Part shown: one piece after another, positions 28,764 to 37,005 of the stretch | Layout of the letters: each line of letters opens with the position of its first letter | Position numbering within the stretch: position 1 is the stretch's first letter | Assembly (NCBI GenBank): GCA_016206175.1 | Contig: JACQSB010000019.1 | Coordinates: forward strand, 7,079 to 71,078 | Source: Candidatus Uhrbacteria bacterium | Lineage (GTDB): Bacteria; Patescibacteriota; Patescibacteriia; JACQRZ01 | Direction of reading: 5' to 3' | DNA length: 64,000 nt | Made by a program: the position numbers and the translations under genes | The notes under the pieces: generated by a model | Database searches by the model: none | Told to the model about the DNA's origin: nothing | Seen by the model: the letters and a program-made list of their open reading frames with translations, nothing else

Positions 28764-29906
28764 TTAGATCTTTCCATAATACATCCGATCGTACGAACGG
28801 ATAATGCCTTTCATTTCTAACATGAGTAGTGTACTGGCAACGGTTTGAGTGTCAAGTTTTGCAGTTCGTATAATATCATCGAGATGAGATGGTTCTGCGC
28901 CGATTGCCGCAAGAATCAGCGCTTCCGTGTCGTCGAAAGATACTTGCTTTATCGCATCGACGTTTGTGTGGGCTGCATCGTCGATGCCATATAATAATAG
29001 TATGTCGGCTGCATCGGTGATGACGTGCGCGCCTGATTTGAGAAGCTGGTTCGTGCCAGCAGAAAAAGGGCTCGACAGCGGTCCGGGCACGGCGCACAGT
29101 TCGCGCGATGACTCCAAAGCGCAGGTAGCAGTAATCAATGATCCCGACTTCGCTGCCGCCTCCACGACAAGCGTAGCGCGAGATAGTCCAGCGATGATCC
29201 GATTCCGCAGGGGGAAATGATTTTTTTGCGCACCGGTGCGTGGAGGGAATTCAGACAGCAGGCATCCGCCGGCATCAATGATGCGTTCGGCGAGGTTGCG
29301 GTGCCTCGCAGGATAGATACTCCCGTAGTCGATGCCGGTGCCGAGCACGGCAATGGTATAACCGTCATTTTTAAGAGCGCATTCATGAGCTGCGATATCA
29401 ATCCCGTATGCAAGGCCGCTTACGATGCCAATACCTCGCCGCGCGACGGGAGCAACGATGCGATGAGTGCACTGCAATCCGTATGGCGTGGCTCTACGCG
29501 CGCCGACAACCGTAAAAAGTTCGCGACTCGATCCGGGAAGCATACCGCGATAGTAGAGAAGAAAAGGCGGATCATAGATCGTCTCTAATGCTTCTGGGTA
29601 TTCCTCGTCGTCGCGCGTGACGACCATGATTTTCTCCTTTTCAATAAATGATAAAACAGTTTCGATGTCAAATGCTTTTCTTTGAACGTCAATGATATTT
29701 GCGATCGATGGTTCCTGTAATGCATTTCGCAGCTCGGCAACTGACGCGTGCCACGCCTCTTCAAGCGATGGAAAATATGATCGAAGGCGGGCCATGCGAA
29801 TAGCGCCAAGCCCATCGATATGCGATAACGCTATTGCGTATACTTTGTCGGAGTGCATTGTATAAGAGGTATTAATTTCATCATCTTGCACAAAATTGTT
29901 CTTCAA
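28764..29906 (-). CDS. dprA: DNA processing protein DprA (Smf)
   Basis: GLAYGIDIAAHECAL and Rossmann-like core SGSLITA. The track start at 29906 is TTG; an ATG alternative lies at 29858. Confidence 0.88.
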   Translation of the reverse strand: MKNNFVQDDEINTSYTMHSDKVYAIALSHIDGLGAIRMARLRSYFPSLEEAWHASVAELRNALQEPSIANIIDVQRKAFDIETVLSFIEKEKIMVVTRDDEEYPEALETIYDPPFLLYYRGMLPGSSRELFTVVGARRATPYGLQCTHRIVAPVARRGIGIVSGLAYGIDIAAHECALKNDGYTIAVLGTGIDYGSIYPARHRNLAERIIDAGGCLLSEFPPRTGAQKNHFPLRNRIIAGLSRATLVVEAAAKSGSLITATCALESSRELCAVPGPLSSPFSAGTNQLLKSGAHVITDAADILLLYGIDDAAHTNVDAIKQVSFDDTEALILAAIGAEPSHLDDIIRTAKLDTQTVASTLLMLEMKGIIRSYDRMYYGKI

Positions 29907-29913
29907 GATAGTA
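29885..29913 (+). promoter_or_regulatory. Candidate sigma70-type promoter for the 30083 ORF
   Basis: TTGCAC (29885-29890), 17-nt spacer, TAGTAT (29908-29913). It would give a leader of about 160 nt. Confidence 0.3.
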
Positions 29914-29970
29914 TGTAATCAGTGAAAGTACGTGGTCTTTATAACCTGATGAGTCTTATTATACCGTCCG

Positions 29971-30061
29971 TGACAGTAGATACAAGCATACGGATTGCTT
30001 CCTATACTTGTATCTACTGTCAATGGATCGTGGCACAACGGAATAGCAATGTCGCTATTCC
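29971..30061 (+). promoter_or_regulatory. Two hairpins in the leader of the 30083 ORF
   Basis: Perfect 16-bp inverted repeat tgacagtagatacaag (29971-29986) / cttgtatctactgtca (30007-30022) with a 20-nt loop. Second hairpin ggaatagc (30040-30047) / gctattcc (30054-30061) with a 6-nt loop. This is followed by the SD GAGGAGG and ATG at 30083. Confidence 0.5.
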
Positions 30062-30082
30062 TTCATAGAGGAGGACCCCGAT

Positions 30083-30637
30083 ATGTCCCGCACTGCAAAG
30101 CGGGAGAGGGAGGAACTTCAGATGACAGCACTGCGGTACATCCGACGGATGCTGCCGTATCTGCTCGTCGAGGTTTCCGAAACGGCCGAGTTTAAGGACC
30201 AGAAGGCGTATCAGAGCTTTCTGCAAATCTTGCAGGTTATCAACGAACCTGCAAAGCTCGCAGAAATCGGGTACTATCGGCATCTCGTACGGAATCATCC
30301 TGTTCCGTGCGTGACACTGAACAAGACCCGGCAACGCCTAACAGCGACATTCCGCCTTCAGCTCGAGCTTGAGCTGACAGCGAAATGCGGACTCGTAACA
30401 CGGCTGTACCCGGTACGGCTCCAGGTATCAATGGAAGGAAATTTCGCCACAAAGGAGTGGCGGCAAGCGCGCGTCAGCGTGCGGCTTCCTTCCCGTAAGG
30501 TGCCTGCGAAAACACCGGGGAAATCCCGCGAGGAATGGCCGAGGCTTCTCGAGTTTACTTGTACGCTCGTAAGGGTGTATGACGAGGAATTCCTCGTCAA
30601 AGAAGTGAACAAGGAACGCCTTGAAGAAGCGCTGTAA
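30083..30637 (+). CDS. Hypothetical protein, no recognisable motif (orphan cassette 1)
   Basis: 184-aa ORF. Canonical SD (aGAGGAGGaccccgatATG) and a strong intrinsic terminator downstream. It is a lone plus-strand gene between minus-strand dprA and pitA. Confidence 0.6.
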   Translation: MSRTAKREREELQMTALRYIRRMLPYLLVEVSETAEFKDQKAYQSFLQILQVINEPAKLAEIGYYRHLVRNHPVPCVTLNKTRQRLTATFRLQLELELTAKCGLVTRLYPVRLQVSMEGNFATKEWRQARVSVRLPSRKVPAKTPGKSREEWPRLLEFTCTLVRVYDEEFLVKEVNKERLEEAL

Positions 30638-30700
30638 AAGGCGCTACGTCCCAACTGGAAGATAGGGGGTGACATGCCACCAGACTCATCAATGTGACTT

Positions 30701-30736
30701 ACGGCCGCCAATGCCTTCCGGCGGCCGTCCTTTTTT
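30701..30736 (+). terminator. Intrinsic terminator of orphan cassette 1
   Basis: GC-rich 9-bp stem acggccgcc (30701-30709) / ggcggccgt (30720-30728), then cc + TTTTTT (30731-30736). Confidence 0.75.
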
Positions 30737-31742
30737 ATATCCCAAACGAGAAAGTCCGTGCAACAAGATATGCAGCCCAGCCGATGAGAGCGGCGCACGG
30801 GATGGTAAAAATCCATGCCCATACGATATTGAGCGTGACACCCCAGCGTACTGCTGAAAGGCGTTTGATTGCTCCAGCGCCCGAGACAGCCCCGGTAATC
30901 ACATGCGTGGTGCTGACTGGAATGCCAAGATACGTTGCAAGAAAAAGGCTCCCCGCACTCGCGGTCTCTGCACAGAAACCGTCAATAGGCCGCAATTTTG
31001 TTATTTTCTGCCCCATGGTTTTTACGATTCTCCATCCTCCGCTAAGCGTGCCAAGCGCAATGGCGGTATATGAGCTCAATACAACCCATAACGGAATGTC
31101 AAATGTTTGCAGCATGCCGCCTGCGACGAGAAGGCCCGTAATGATCCCCATTGTTTTTTGAGCATCGTTGCCTCCGTGTCCAAGACTGTAGAGCGCAGCT
31201 GAAAAGAGTTGCAGACGCCGAGACCATACATTGATGGATGCAAGCGCGCGTTTATGCACCACCCATGCCGCGATAATTTCTAAAACAAAGGCAAACACAA
31301 ATCCGAGCGCTGGTGCAAGGACGATGAAAACCAAAGTTTTATACCACCCCGCAACAAGGATGACACTCCACCCGCCCTTGGCAATCGCCGCGCCGGCATA
31401 CCCGCCGATCAACGCATGAGATGAGCTTGACGGCAATCCGCGGTGCCAGGTAATGAGGTCCCACGCGATAGCGCCTATGAGCCCGCAGAGGATGACAAGG
31501 GGCGTCACGGCCGAAAGGTCAATCATGCTTTTGCCAATGGTTTTTGCAACCGCCGTACCAAAAGCAAAGAAAGCAAGAAAATTAAAACAGGCAGCCCATA
31601 TGACAGCTTGGCGCGGCGTGAGCACTTTTGTCGAAACTATCGTTGCAATCGAGTTTGCGGAATCATGCATTCCGTTCACGTAATCAAAGACGAATGCAAC
31701 CGTGATGATGAAGATAATAAAAAGGATGTCAGGAGTCGGCAT
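30735..31742 (-). CDS. pitA: Inorganic phosphate transporter, PiT (PHO4) family
   Basis: 335 aa, polytopic. GMHDSANSIAT and GHGGNDAQKTMG signature motifs. Confidence 0.92.
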   Translation of the reverse strand: MPTPDILFIIFIITVAFVFDYVNGMHDSANSIATIVSTKVLTPRQAVIWAACFNFLAFFAFGTAVAKTIGKSMIDLSAVTPLVILCGLIGAIAWDLITWHRGLPSSSSHALIGGYAGAAIAKGGWSVILVAGWYKTLVFIVLAPALGFVFAFVLEIIAAWVVHKRALASINVWSRRLQLFSAALYSLGHGGNDAQKTMGIITGLLVAGGMLQTFDIPLWVVLSSYTAIALGTLSGGWRIVKTMGQKITKLRPIDGFCAETASAGSLFLATYLGIPVSTTHVITGAVSGAGAIKRLSAVRWGVTLNIVWAWIFTIPCAALIGWAAYLVARTFSFGI

Positions 31743-31763
31743 AAGACCTCTTGTGCAGTACTG

Positions 31764-32387
31764 TTAGCTTGTTTTGACAACAATACTTTCGATAATGTCG
31801 CTTACTTTCTGGTACTTATCCATCACGTTTTCCAAATCTTCAAGAATATCCTTCCATTGGATGAGCGTTCTGGCATCCTTTTCATTTGTAAAGAGTGTAT
31901 GGAGCCCCTTACAAAAAATTTCATCTCCCTTATCCTCAAGTTCATGGATATAGATTTTTGATTTTGTAAGAAGGTCTGTTTTTTTTAATTCTTGGAAATG
32001 GTCAAGAAGTTTTCCAAGCGCTTGCGACGCTTCGATGATAAGGTCTGCAAACTGGTCAAACTCCTCTCGTTTGCTGATAACTGCATACACCCCCACGTTG
32101 TGAATGACATTTTCTATGAGGTCAACAATGTCATCAAGTTCGTTTGTAAGGAGGTAAATATCTTCCCGATCAAACGGGGTGATAAACGTACGATTGAGAG
32201 TATCAATGATCTCATGGGCAACGGCATCGGCTTGCCGCTCTATGTCTTTTGCTTTTTTCTCGTATTCATCTCCATCAGGAAAGTGACTAGCAAAATCCTT
32301 GAGAAGCTGGGCTATTTCTTTTTGGGCGTCATTGATCTTTTTAAAGAGAGTAAAGAATCCGTTTTCTTTCGGAAGAAAGAAGCGCAT
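31764..32387 (-). CDS. DUF47 / PhoU-like Pit accessory protein
   Basis: 207 aa, all-helical. FFTLFKK...ADAVAHEIIDTLNRTFITPFDREDIYLLTNELDDIVD fits the TIGR00153/DUF47 pattern. Directly upstream of pitA, the usual pairing. Confidence 0.85.
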   Translation of the reverse strand: MRFFLPKENGFFTLFKKINDAQKEIAQLLKDFASHFPDGDEYEKKAKDIERQADAVAHEIIDTLNRTFITPFDREDIYLLTNELDDIVDLIENVIHNVGVYAVISKREEFDQFADLIIEASQALGKLLDHFQELKKTDLLTKSKIYIHELEDKGDEIFCKGLHTLFTNEKDARTLIQWKDILEDLENVMDKYQKVSDIIESIVVKTS

Positions 32388-32410
32388 AGGATGATATATG
32401 TATTAAGAAT

Positions 32411-32440
32411 ATTGTAGTAGTATGGCACATCTCAAAGCAA
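32411..32440 (-). promoter_or_regulatory. Candidate promoter of the DUF47-pitA operon
   Basis: On the minus strand: TTGCTT (32440-32435), 18-nt spacer, TACAAT (32416-32411), about 25 nt upstream of the ATG at 32387. Confidence 0.4.
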
Positions 32441-32468
32441 CAGGGAAGATGTATTGGCGGTGCAAAAC

Positions 32469-32497
32469 TTGACAGAGAGACATTTTCTTGATAGACC
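32469..32497 (+). promoter_or_regulatory. Candidate promoter of the structured sRNA
   Basis: Consensus -35 TTGACA (32469-32474), 17-nt spacer ending in TGa (extended -10), then TAGACC (32492-32497). Confidence 0.35.
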
Positions 32498-32502
32498 TGA
32501 CA

Positions 32503-32645
32503 GGAGCCAAACTCCCAAAATCCTCTTTGTCAGTGACGAAAGCGGAAATATTCCTCCTTATTCCCGCTCCTAGTCAAAAGTGAAGGGAATGCCGTTATCG
32601 GCGTCCCCTTCCGCTGGCAAAGAGTACTTTGGGAGTTTTTCTTTA
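32503..32645 (+). ncRNA. Candidate structured small RNA of about 140 nt with an anti-SD-like CCUCCUUA loop (class unknown)
   Basis: Closing helix 32509-32519 / 32628-32638 (11 bp) plus 32523-32529 / 32618-32624 (7 bp). Hairpin 32542-32567 with loop UUCCUCCU. Hairpin 32582-32611 (12 bp, 1 mismatch). T-rich tail 32636-32644. Lies in a 265-bp non-coding gap. Strand is assigned from the promoter and U-tail and remains uncertain. Confidence 0.45.
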
Positions 32646-32652
32646 CTCACGA

Positions 32653-33279
32653 TCAGCGACGGCTATTAACCATATTCTGCGCGCGTATGACACCTTGCTG
32701 GAACGCCAATTCTGTTGCATCACGTATGGCAGAAAATATAGAAGCATGTAATGTTGCAAGCTCTGTCTTTGCAAACTTTTTCAAAACAAACTCATCGGCA
32801 GGACCTTTCTTTCCGTGCGGCGGTTGAATGCCGATGCGAAAACGAACAAAATCCTTGGTGCCTAATTGATCAATGATGTTTTGTACGCCTTTATGCCCAC
32901 CCGAAGACACATTGCGATCTATTTTCAAAGAGCCAAACGGCAGATCAATATCATCGTGATAGACCCATACGCTGCCTATGGCATCCTCGCCTTCAAAATA
33001 AGTATGTAAAAAACTCTTTATCGCATTGCCAGACAGATTCATATACGTATTCGGCAGCACGACAACGATATCAATTGATGCGTCATCCCGCATCCAATAG
33101 CGGTATTCCCGCGTTTCATACAAGCGGCTCTTTTTCCTGCCGCTTTGCTCATAGTGCGCGTCCCTATTCCACTGCTCCATACAGTACTCCAGCGCGCTGG
33201 CACCCACATTATGGCGCGTTGATTCATACTCATCGCCGGGATTTCGCAATCCAATTAAAATGTAAGCACTGGTATTCAT
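32653..33279 (-). CDS. pth: Peptidyl-tRNA hydrolase
   Basis: LIGLRNPGDEYESTRHNVG (GLGNPG..Y..TRHN.G pattern) and HDDIDLPFGSLKI. Confidence 0.92.
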   Translation of the reverse strand: MNTSAYILIGLRNPGDEYESTRHNVGASALEYCMEQWNRDAHYEQSGRKKSRLYETREYRYWMRDDASIDIVVVLPNTYMNLSGNAIKSFLHTYFEGEDAIGSVWVYHDDIDLPFGSLKIDRNVSSGGHKGVQNIIDQLGTKDFVRFRIGIQPPHGKKGPADEFVLKKFAKTELATLHASIFSAIRDATELAFQQGVIRAQNMVNSRR

Positions 33280-34643
33280 TGTTTGGCAAATAATTTGCTT
33301 CGTGGCTGCGCTGTGACGATCCGTATCGGCGTCCCTGCAAATCCAAACACTTCCCGCAACCGCCGCTCAAGATAGCGGAGGTAGTTCGTATGAATGCTAA
33401 AGCGTTCCTTGACTTCGAGACGAAATGTCGGCGGGCAAGAATCGACTTGCTTCATACCATAAAGCACTGGCTTCTTTTGTCCGCGTATCCATTGCGGAGG
33501 CTGCCGTTTTTTCGCCTTTGCGAAAAAATCATTCACCAATTCTTGCGATAGAACGCGCGTACGCTGCTCTTGGACAAGCATCACGCGATCAAGGACGGTG
33601 TGGATCCGTTGCCCTGTCAAAGCAGATAAAAAAATCATCGGCGACCAATCGACAAATGAAAAATAATCACGAAACTGCTTTTCATACGCTAAGATTGATT
33701 TTGATGTCTTGTCGGGCACCTGGTCCCACTTGTTCACGATGATGATGATCCCGGAACCAGCTTCGTCAGCAATGCTCGCAAGCCGCTTCTCCTGTTTTGA
33801 AGGAGTCACCGCACTTTCCACTACCAATAGAACGATGTCAGCCTTCCTGATATTTTTAATGCTGCGCTTCACGCCTTCGCGCTCAATGTGAGATGATACC
33901 GCGCTCTTGCGCCGGATCCCAACGGTATCAATAAGCAAAAGGGGTGTCGTGCCGTACTGAATCAACGTATCATGCGGCTCACGAGTCGTATGAGCCGTTG
34001 CCGATACGATCACACGCTCCTCGCCCAGGACCCGATTCACCAACGATGATTTGCCGACGTTAGTTCTTCCGATGACTGCCACTTTGATCGGAGCGACATC
34101 TGATTCATTTTCTTGATGCTTCGGTAGCACGTTGCAGATAACGTCGAGAAGATCGCCGCTTCCCATTCCGCTCTGCGCGGATACCGCATGCGGCGCGCCG
34201 AGCCCCAATGAATACCATTCTTTTGCAAAGAGATCGCCAGGGCTTGCGAGAGAGTCGGCTTTGTTGCCAACCAAAAGAATAGGGGCTTTCGTCATCTTGG
34301 ATACGAGCTGCACGTACCGTTTATCATCCGGATGAAGGCCGGCAGACAAATCAACCAAAAAAAGCACGAGCGTGCTCCGGCGTATCGCCGAGCCCGCGTG
34401 CTGCTGGATCGCTTTATCAATCTCTGTCTGGGGTTGCAGTACCAGCCCGCCGGTATCAGCTAATAACATCTGGCAGTCGCGCCAGTGGCATACTCCGTAG
34501 TTCACATCGCGTGTCGTCCCGGGCACCGGGCTTGCAAGCGCTTTTTTTTCTCCTAACAAACGGTTGAACAAGGAAGACTTTCCCACATTCACTCTTCCGA
34601 CGAGAGAAACGAAAGGAATGCCAAGTTGTTGTTTATTTTTCAT
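33276..34643 (-). CDS. der: Ribosome-associated GTPase Der (EngA)
   Basis: Two tandem G domains (GRVNVGKSSLFN/DTGG and GRTNVGKSSLVN/DTVG, NKWD) plus a KH-like C-terminus. Confidence 0.93.
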   Translation of the reverse strand: MKNKQQLGIPFVSLVGRVNVGKSSLFNRLLGEKKALASPVPGTTRDVNYGVCHWRDCQMLLADTGGLVLQPQTEIDKAIQQHAGSAIRRSTLVLFLVDLSAGLHPDDKRYVQLVSKMTKAPILLVGNKADSLASPGDLFAKEWYSLGLGAPHAVSAQSGMGSGDLLDVICNVLPKHQENESDVAPIKVAVIGRTNVGKSSLVNRVLGEERVIVSATAHTTREPHDTLIQYGTTPLLLIDTVGIRRKSAVSSHIEREGVKRSIKNIRKADIVLLVVESAVTPSKQEKRLASIADEAGSGIIIIVNKWDQVPDKTSKSILAYEKQFRDYFSFVDWSPMIFLSALTGQRIHTVLDRVMLVQEQRTRVLSQELVNDFFAKAKKRQPPQWIRGQKKPVLYGMKQVDSCPPTFRLEVKERFSIHTNYLRYLERRLREVFGFAGTPIRIVTAQPRSKLFAKQ

Positions 34644-35973
34644 AAGGTGGCGGGGTGAATGGTTCTATTGATTTGCTTTGAGGATTATACACATACCATA
34701 TGCCGGCAGGCTGATTTTCTACGATATAGGCAACGCCGCGATGCTGTAGCAATGACTCGAGCGCCCAGCCAAGTTTTGTTTGATTGAAATTATCTCCTTC
34801 ATGTCCCCATGCTGACAAGTGAAAACTTCTGTCCGCCCCCCCCTCTTGGGGCTTGAAAGGATATTTCCTTGTATGGAATTTATTTTCCATCTCATCTGAT
34901 AATCTCTTATGAGAAAGACTGGCATGGCCCTCGTGATCCCAACGATCAATATCCCTGTTGCGCGCGTGAATCGCAGTCTTGCGTACTGTTCCTTGAAAAG
35001 CTCCCGCGCGGTCGGTATGCCGCATCATCTCTCGACCAAAATCATAGCTGGAGCCATTCCAACCGAATCCTTGTTCAAGTCTGGTAAAATCGTCTTCACT
35101 CAAATGGGGAGCATAAATCCGCAGAAAGGTATTGAATCCGACATGTCTTTGCAGCATGCTATCGTAAATCGCTTTGCTTTCGGGCGCAACAAATAAAGGG
35201 CTCTCCTCATGCGAACCCCGAGCGCGAAGCGCTTCAAGGTTTGAGAAAACACGATCAATCGTATTGTAGATTTTACCATCATTTGCATAACGGCTTATTC
35301 CCTCTCTCACGGAATCAGGAATCGTGACACTGTAATAATCTCCAAAAGGGATTTTTTTTTCTTCTTCCTCTCTATGCGACAAGGTAAGACTTCGAAGAAA
35401 ACCTGATGCCATGAGCCGCGCATCTTCAACATCGATGTCTTCTGTTGTCAAACGCTGTGCAAGAAGCGGGACTCCGAGAGAATACCGGACGATTTCATCC
35501 AAAGAAAGTTTTGGATTGCGCTTATTGCCAAGAGATTTGATATATTCTCGAATCTCGGCATCATTCATTGCTTTGAGAATTATTGAAACCCTTTTGCGAT
35601 CAGGAAATTTATCAGCGGAAAGAGAGTATTCTTTTCCAGATGCAACATCAGAAGGCGTGCCGATTGCCAAGATATGACCATGAGATTTTTTAAGCTCCTC
35701 AATGGAAGGGCGGTAGCGATCCTCTAAGTGCAAAACTTCGATGCTTTTCTTTTTTCCTATTGCTTTTTGTATTTCCGGCGCGATCATGCTCTTGCCTATG
35801 CCGCTGACTCCTTCCAGAAAAATAAGAAGTTTTTTATCGTCGGCTTGTTCGATCGCTTGTACGATAGAAGCAATTGTCTCCCGTTGGGAAGAAGACAATG
35901 CGATTTTGCTTTCCCTCTGACGCTGATCTCCGCGTGCCGGTTCTCCAGTGCCGTGTCTTCTTGATTCAGACAT
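34633..35973 (-). CDS. P-loop NTPase of unknown family with an unknown C-terminal half
   Basis: 446 aa from the ATG at 35973; the track's 36144 start would overlap rfbB. Walker A is LEGVSGIGKSM. SLGVPLLAQRL is reminiscent of the GxP motif of STAND/NB-ARC NTPases. The C-terminal roughly 200 aa has no motif I recognise. Confidence 0.6.
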   Translation of the reverse strand: MSESRRHGTGEPARGDQRQRESKIALSSSQRETIASIVQAIEQADDKKLLIFLEGVSGIGKSMIAPEIQKAIGKKKSIEVLHLEDRYRPSIEELKKSHGHILAIGTPSDVASGKEYSLSADKFPDRKRVSIILKAMNDAEIREYIKSLGNKRNPKLSLDEIVRYSLGVPLLAQRLTTEDIDVEDARLMASGFLRSLTLSHREEEEKKIPFGDYYSVTIPDSVREGISRYANDGKIYNTIDRVFSNLEALRARGSHEESPLFVAPESKAIYDSMLQRHVGFNTFLRIYAPHLSEDDFTRLEQGFGWNGSSYDFGREMMRHTDRAGAFQGTVRKTAIHARNRDIDRWDHEGHASLSHKRLSDEMENKFHTRKYPFKPQEGGADRSFHLSAWGHEGDNFNQTKLGWALESLLQHRGVAYIVENQPAGIWYVYNPQSKSIEPFTPPPYEK

Positions 35974-35974
35974 A

Positions 35975-36997
35975 TTATTCCCTCGTAAGGTACTGTTGGG
36001 TGTAATACTCAAGATATTCTCCTGACTTGAGAGGTTTCCACCATGCTTCATTCTTTGTATACCAGTCAACCATGCGCTCAAGGCTCTCGTCCAAGCTGTA
36101 GCGCGGATGCCAGCCGAGCTCGCGTGTAATTTTCGAATGGTCAAGCGCGTATTTTTGGTCGTGTCCGGGACGGTCTTTCACAAACTCAATCATATCCTCT
36201 CCCCTTTCCATAATCGCGAGAAGTTTCTTTATCACCTCGAGATTGGAAAGCTGCGGATTGTCTGGTCCGACAAAATACGTCTCGCCAGGAATACCTTTCG
36301 ACACGATACTATCAATCGCGCTGCAGTGGTCTTCTACATACAGCCATTCTCGTACTTGGTTGCCGGGCGGGTACATCGGAACCTTCTTTCCCTCGAGGAT
36401 ATTCGTAATAGCAAGGGGAAGGAGTTTTTCCGGGTACATGTACGGGCCGATATTGTTCGCGCAATTGCTGATCGTAATCGGGAGGCCGTAGGTGTGGTAG
36501 TACGCGCGGACAAAGTGATCTGATGCCGCCTTGCTCGCTGAATACGGGCTTCGCGGACCATACGGACTCTCCTCGGTCCATCGCTCATCGGAATCAAGAG
36601 CGATGTGGCCGTACACCTCATCGGTCGACACATGATGAAATCGAGTGACATTGTGCGCCTTCGCAGCTTTCAGGAGCTCGTGGGTGCCGATGGTGTTTGA
36701 TCGGATAAATACATCGGGATCGGCAATGGAGCGATCGACATGGGTCTCTGCAGCGAAATGAATCACGACGTCCGGCTGGAATTCGGCAAACGTCTTCTCC
36801 ACAATAGCGGCATCGGCGATGTCGCCCTTTACAAACGAGTACCGAGGATCATTCTCTATATCCGAAAGATTCGCGGGATTGCCCGCATACGTCATCTTGT
36901 CGAGATTGCAGATGCTGATGTCAGGATATTTCTTCAACAGATAATGGATCATGTTTGATCCAATAAATCCTAACCCGCCAGTGATAAGAAATCGCAT
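35975..36997 (-). CDS. rfbB: dTDP-glucose 4,6-dehydratase
   Basis: 340 aa from the ATG at 36997. ITGGLGFIGSN NAD-binding motif, catalytic YSASKAASDH, and C-terminal DRPGHDQKYALD. Confidence 0.92.
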   Translation of the reverse strand: MRFLITGGLGFIGSNMIHYLLKKYPDISICNLDKMTYAGNPANLSDIENDPRYSFVKGDIADAAIVEKTFAEFQPDVVIHFAAETHVDRSIADPDVFIRSNTIGTHELLKAAKAHNVTRFHHVSTDEVYGHIALDSDERWTEESPYGPRSPYSASKAASDHFVRAYYHTYGLPITISNCANNIGPYMYPEKLLPLAITNILEGKKVPMYPPGNQVREWLYVEDHCSAIDSIVSKGIPGETYFVGPDNPQLSNLEVIKKLLAIMERGEDMIEFVKDRPGHDQKYALDHSKITRELGWHPRYSLDESLERMVDWYTKNEAWWKPLKSGEYLEYYTQQYLTRE

Positions 36998-37005
36998 AAA
37001 AGGGT

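Noticed and set aside
29946-29953. CUGAUGAG, the hammerhead ribozyme core box, with a GAAA 18 nt upstream in the cassette 1 leader.
   Set aside because: The 18 nt between GAAA and CUGAUGA cannot hold stem III, the cleavage site and stem I. There is no GAAA after a stem II on the 3' side. It is a chance motif.
30083-30637. Elevated G+C as evidence that the orphan cassettes are foreign.
   Set aside because: Hand counts give about 56% for cassette 1 and roughly 55-62% for parts of cassette 2. Spot counts in core genes range from 42% to 56% (dprA segments 42% and 55%, an ftsZ segment 56%). The difference is therefore not decisive without a proper sliding-window calculation.
30358-30822. 154-aa minus-strand ORF overlapping orphan cassette 1 and the pitA 3' end.
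   Set aside because: It is Ser/Arg-rich low complexity with no RBS, and it overlaps the pitA coding end and the terminator. The plus-strand ORF has the SD and terminator signals.
32503-32645. Assignment of the structured RNA to SRP (4.5S) RNA, 6S RNA, tmRNA, RNase P or a known riboswitch class as a leader of DUF47-pitA.
   Set aside because: There is no GGAA/AGCAGC helix-8 motif of SRP RNA. It is too short for RNase P or tmRNA. I found no conserved core of the riboswitch classes I could recall (glycine, c-di-AMP, ykkC, TPP, FMN, fluoride and others). A plausible DUF47 promoter lies downstream of the structure, so it is probably not that operon's leader.
35974-36144. N-terminal extensions given by the ORF track. 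Examples: 36144 for the P-loop gene, 37081 for rfbB, 55279 for the helicase, 15531 for the giant gene, 40227 for the GT-C gene, 47026 for the pilin, 25179 for SOD.
   Set aside because: Each extension overlaps the preceding gene by 50-250 nt. Each also precedes an internal ATG that begins the recognisable domain (for example MRFLITGGLGFIGSN, MSSLDFLL...AGAGTGKT). Shorter starts were chosen.
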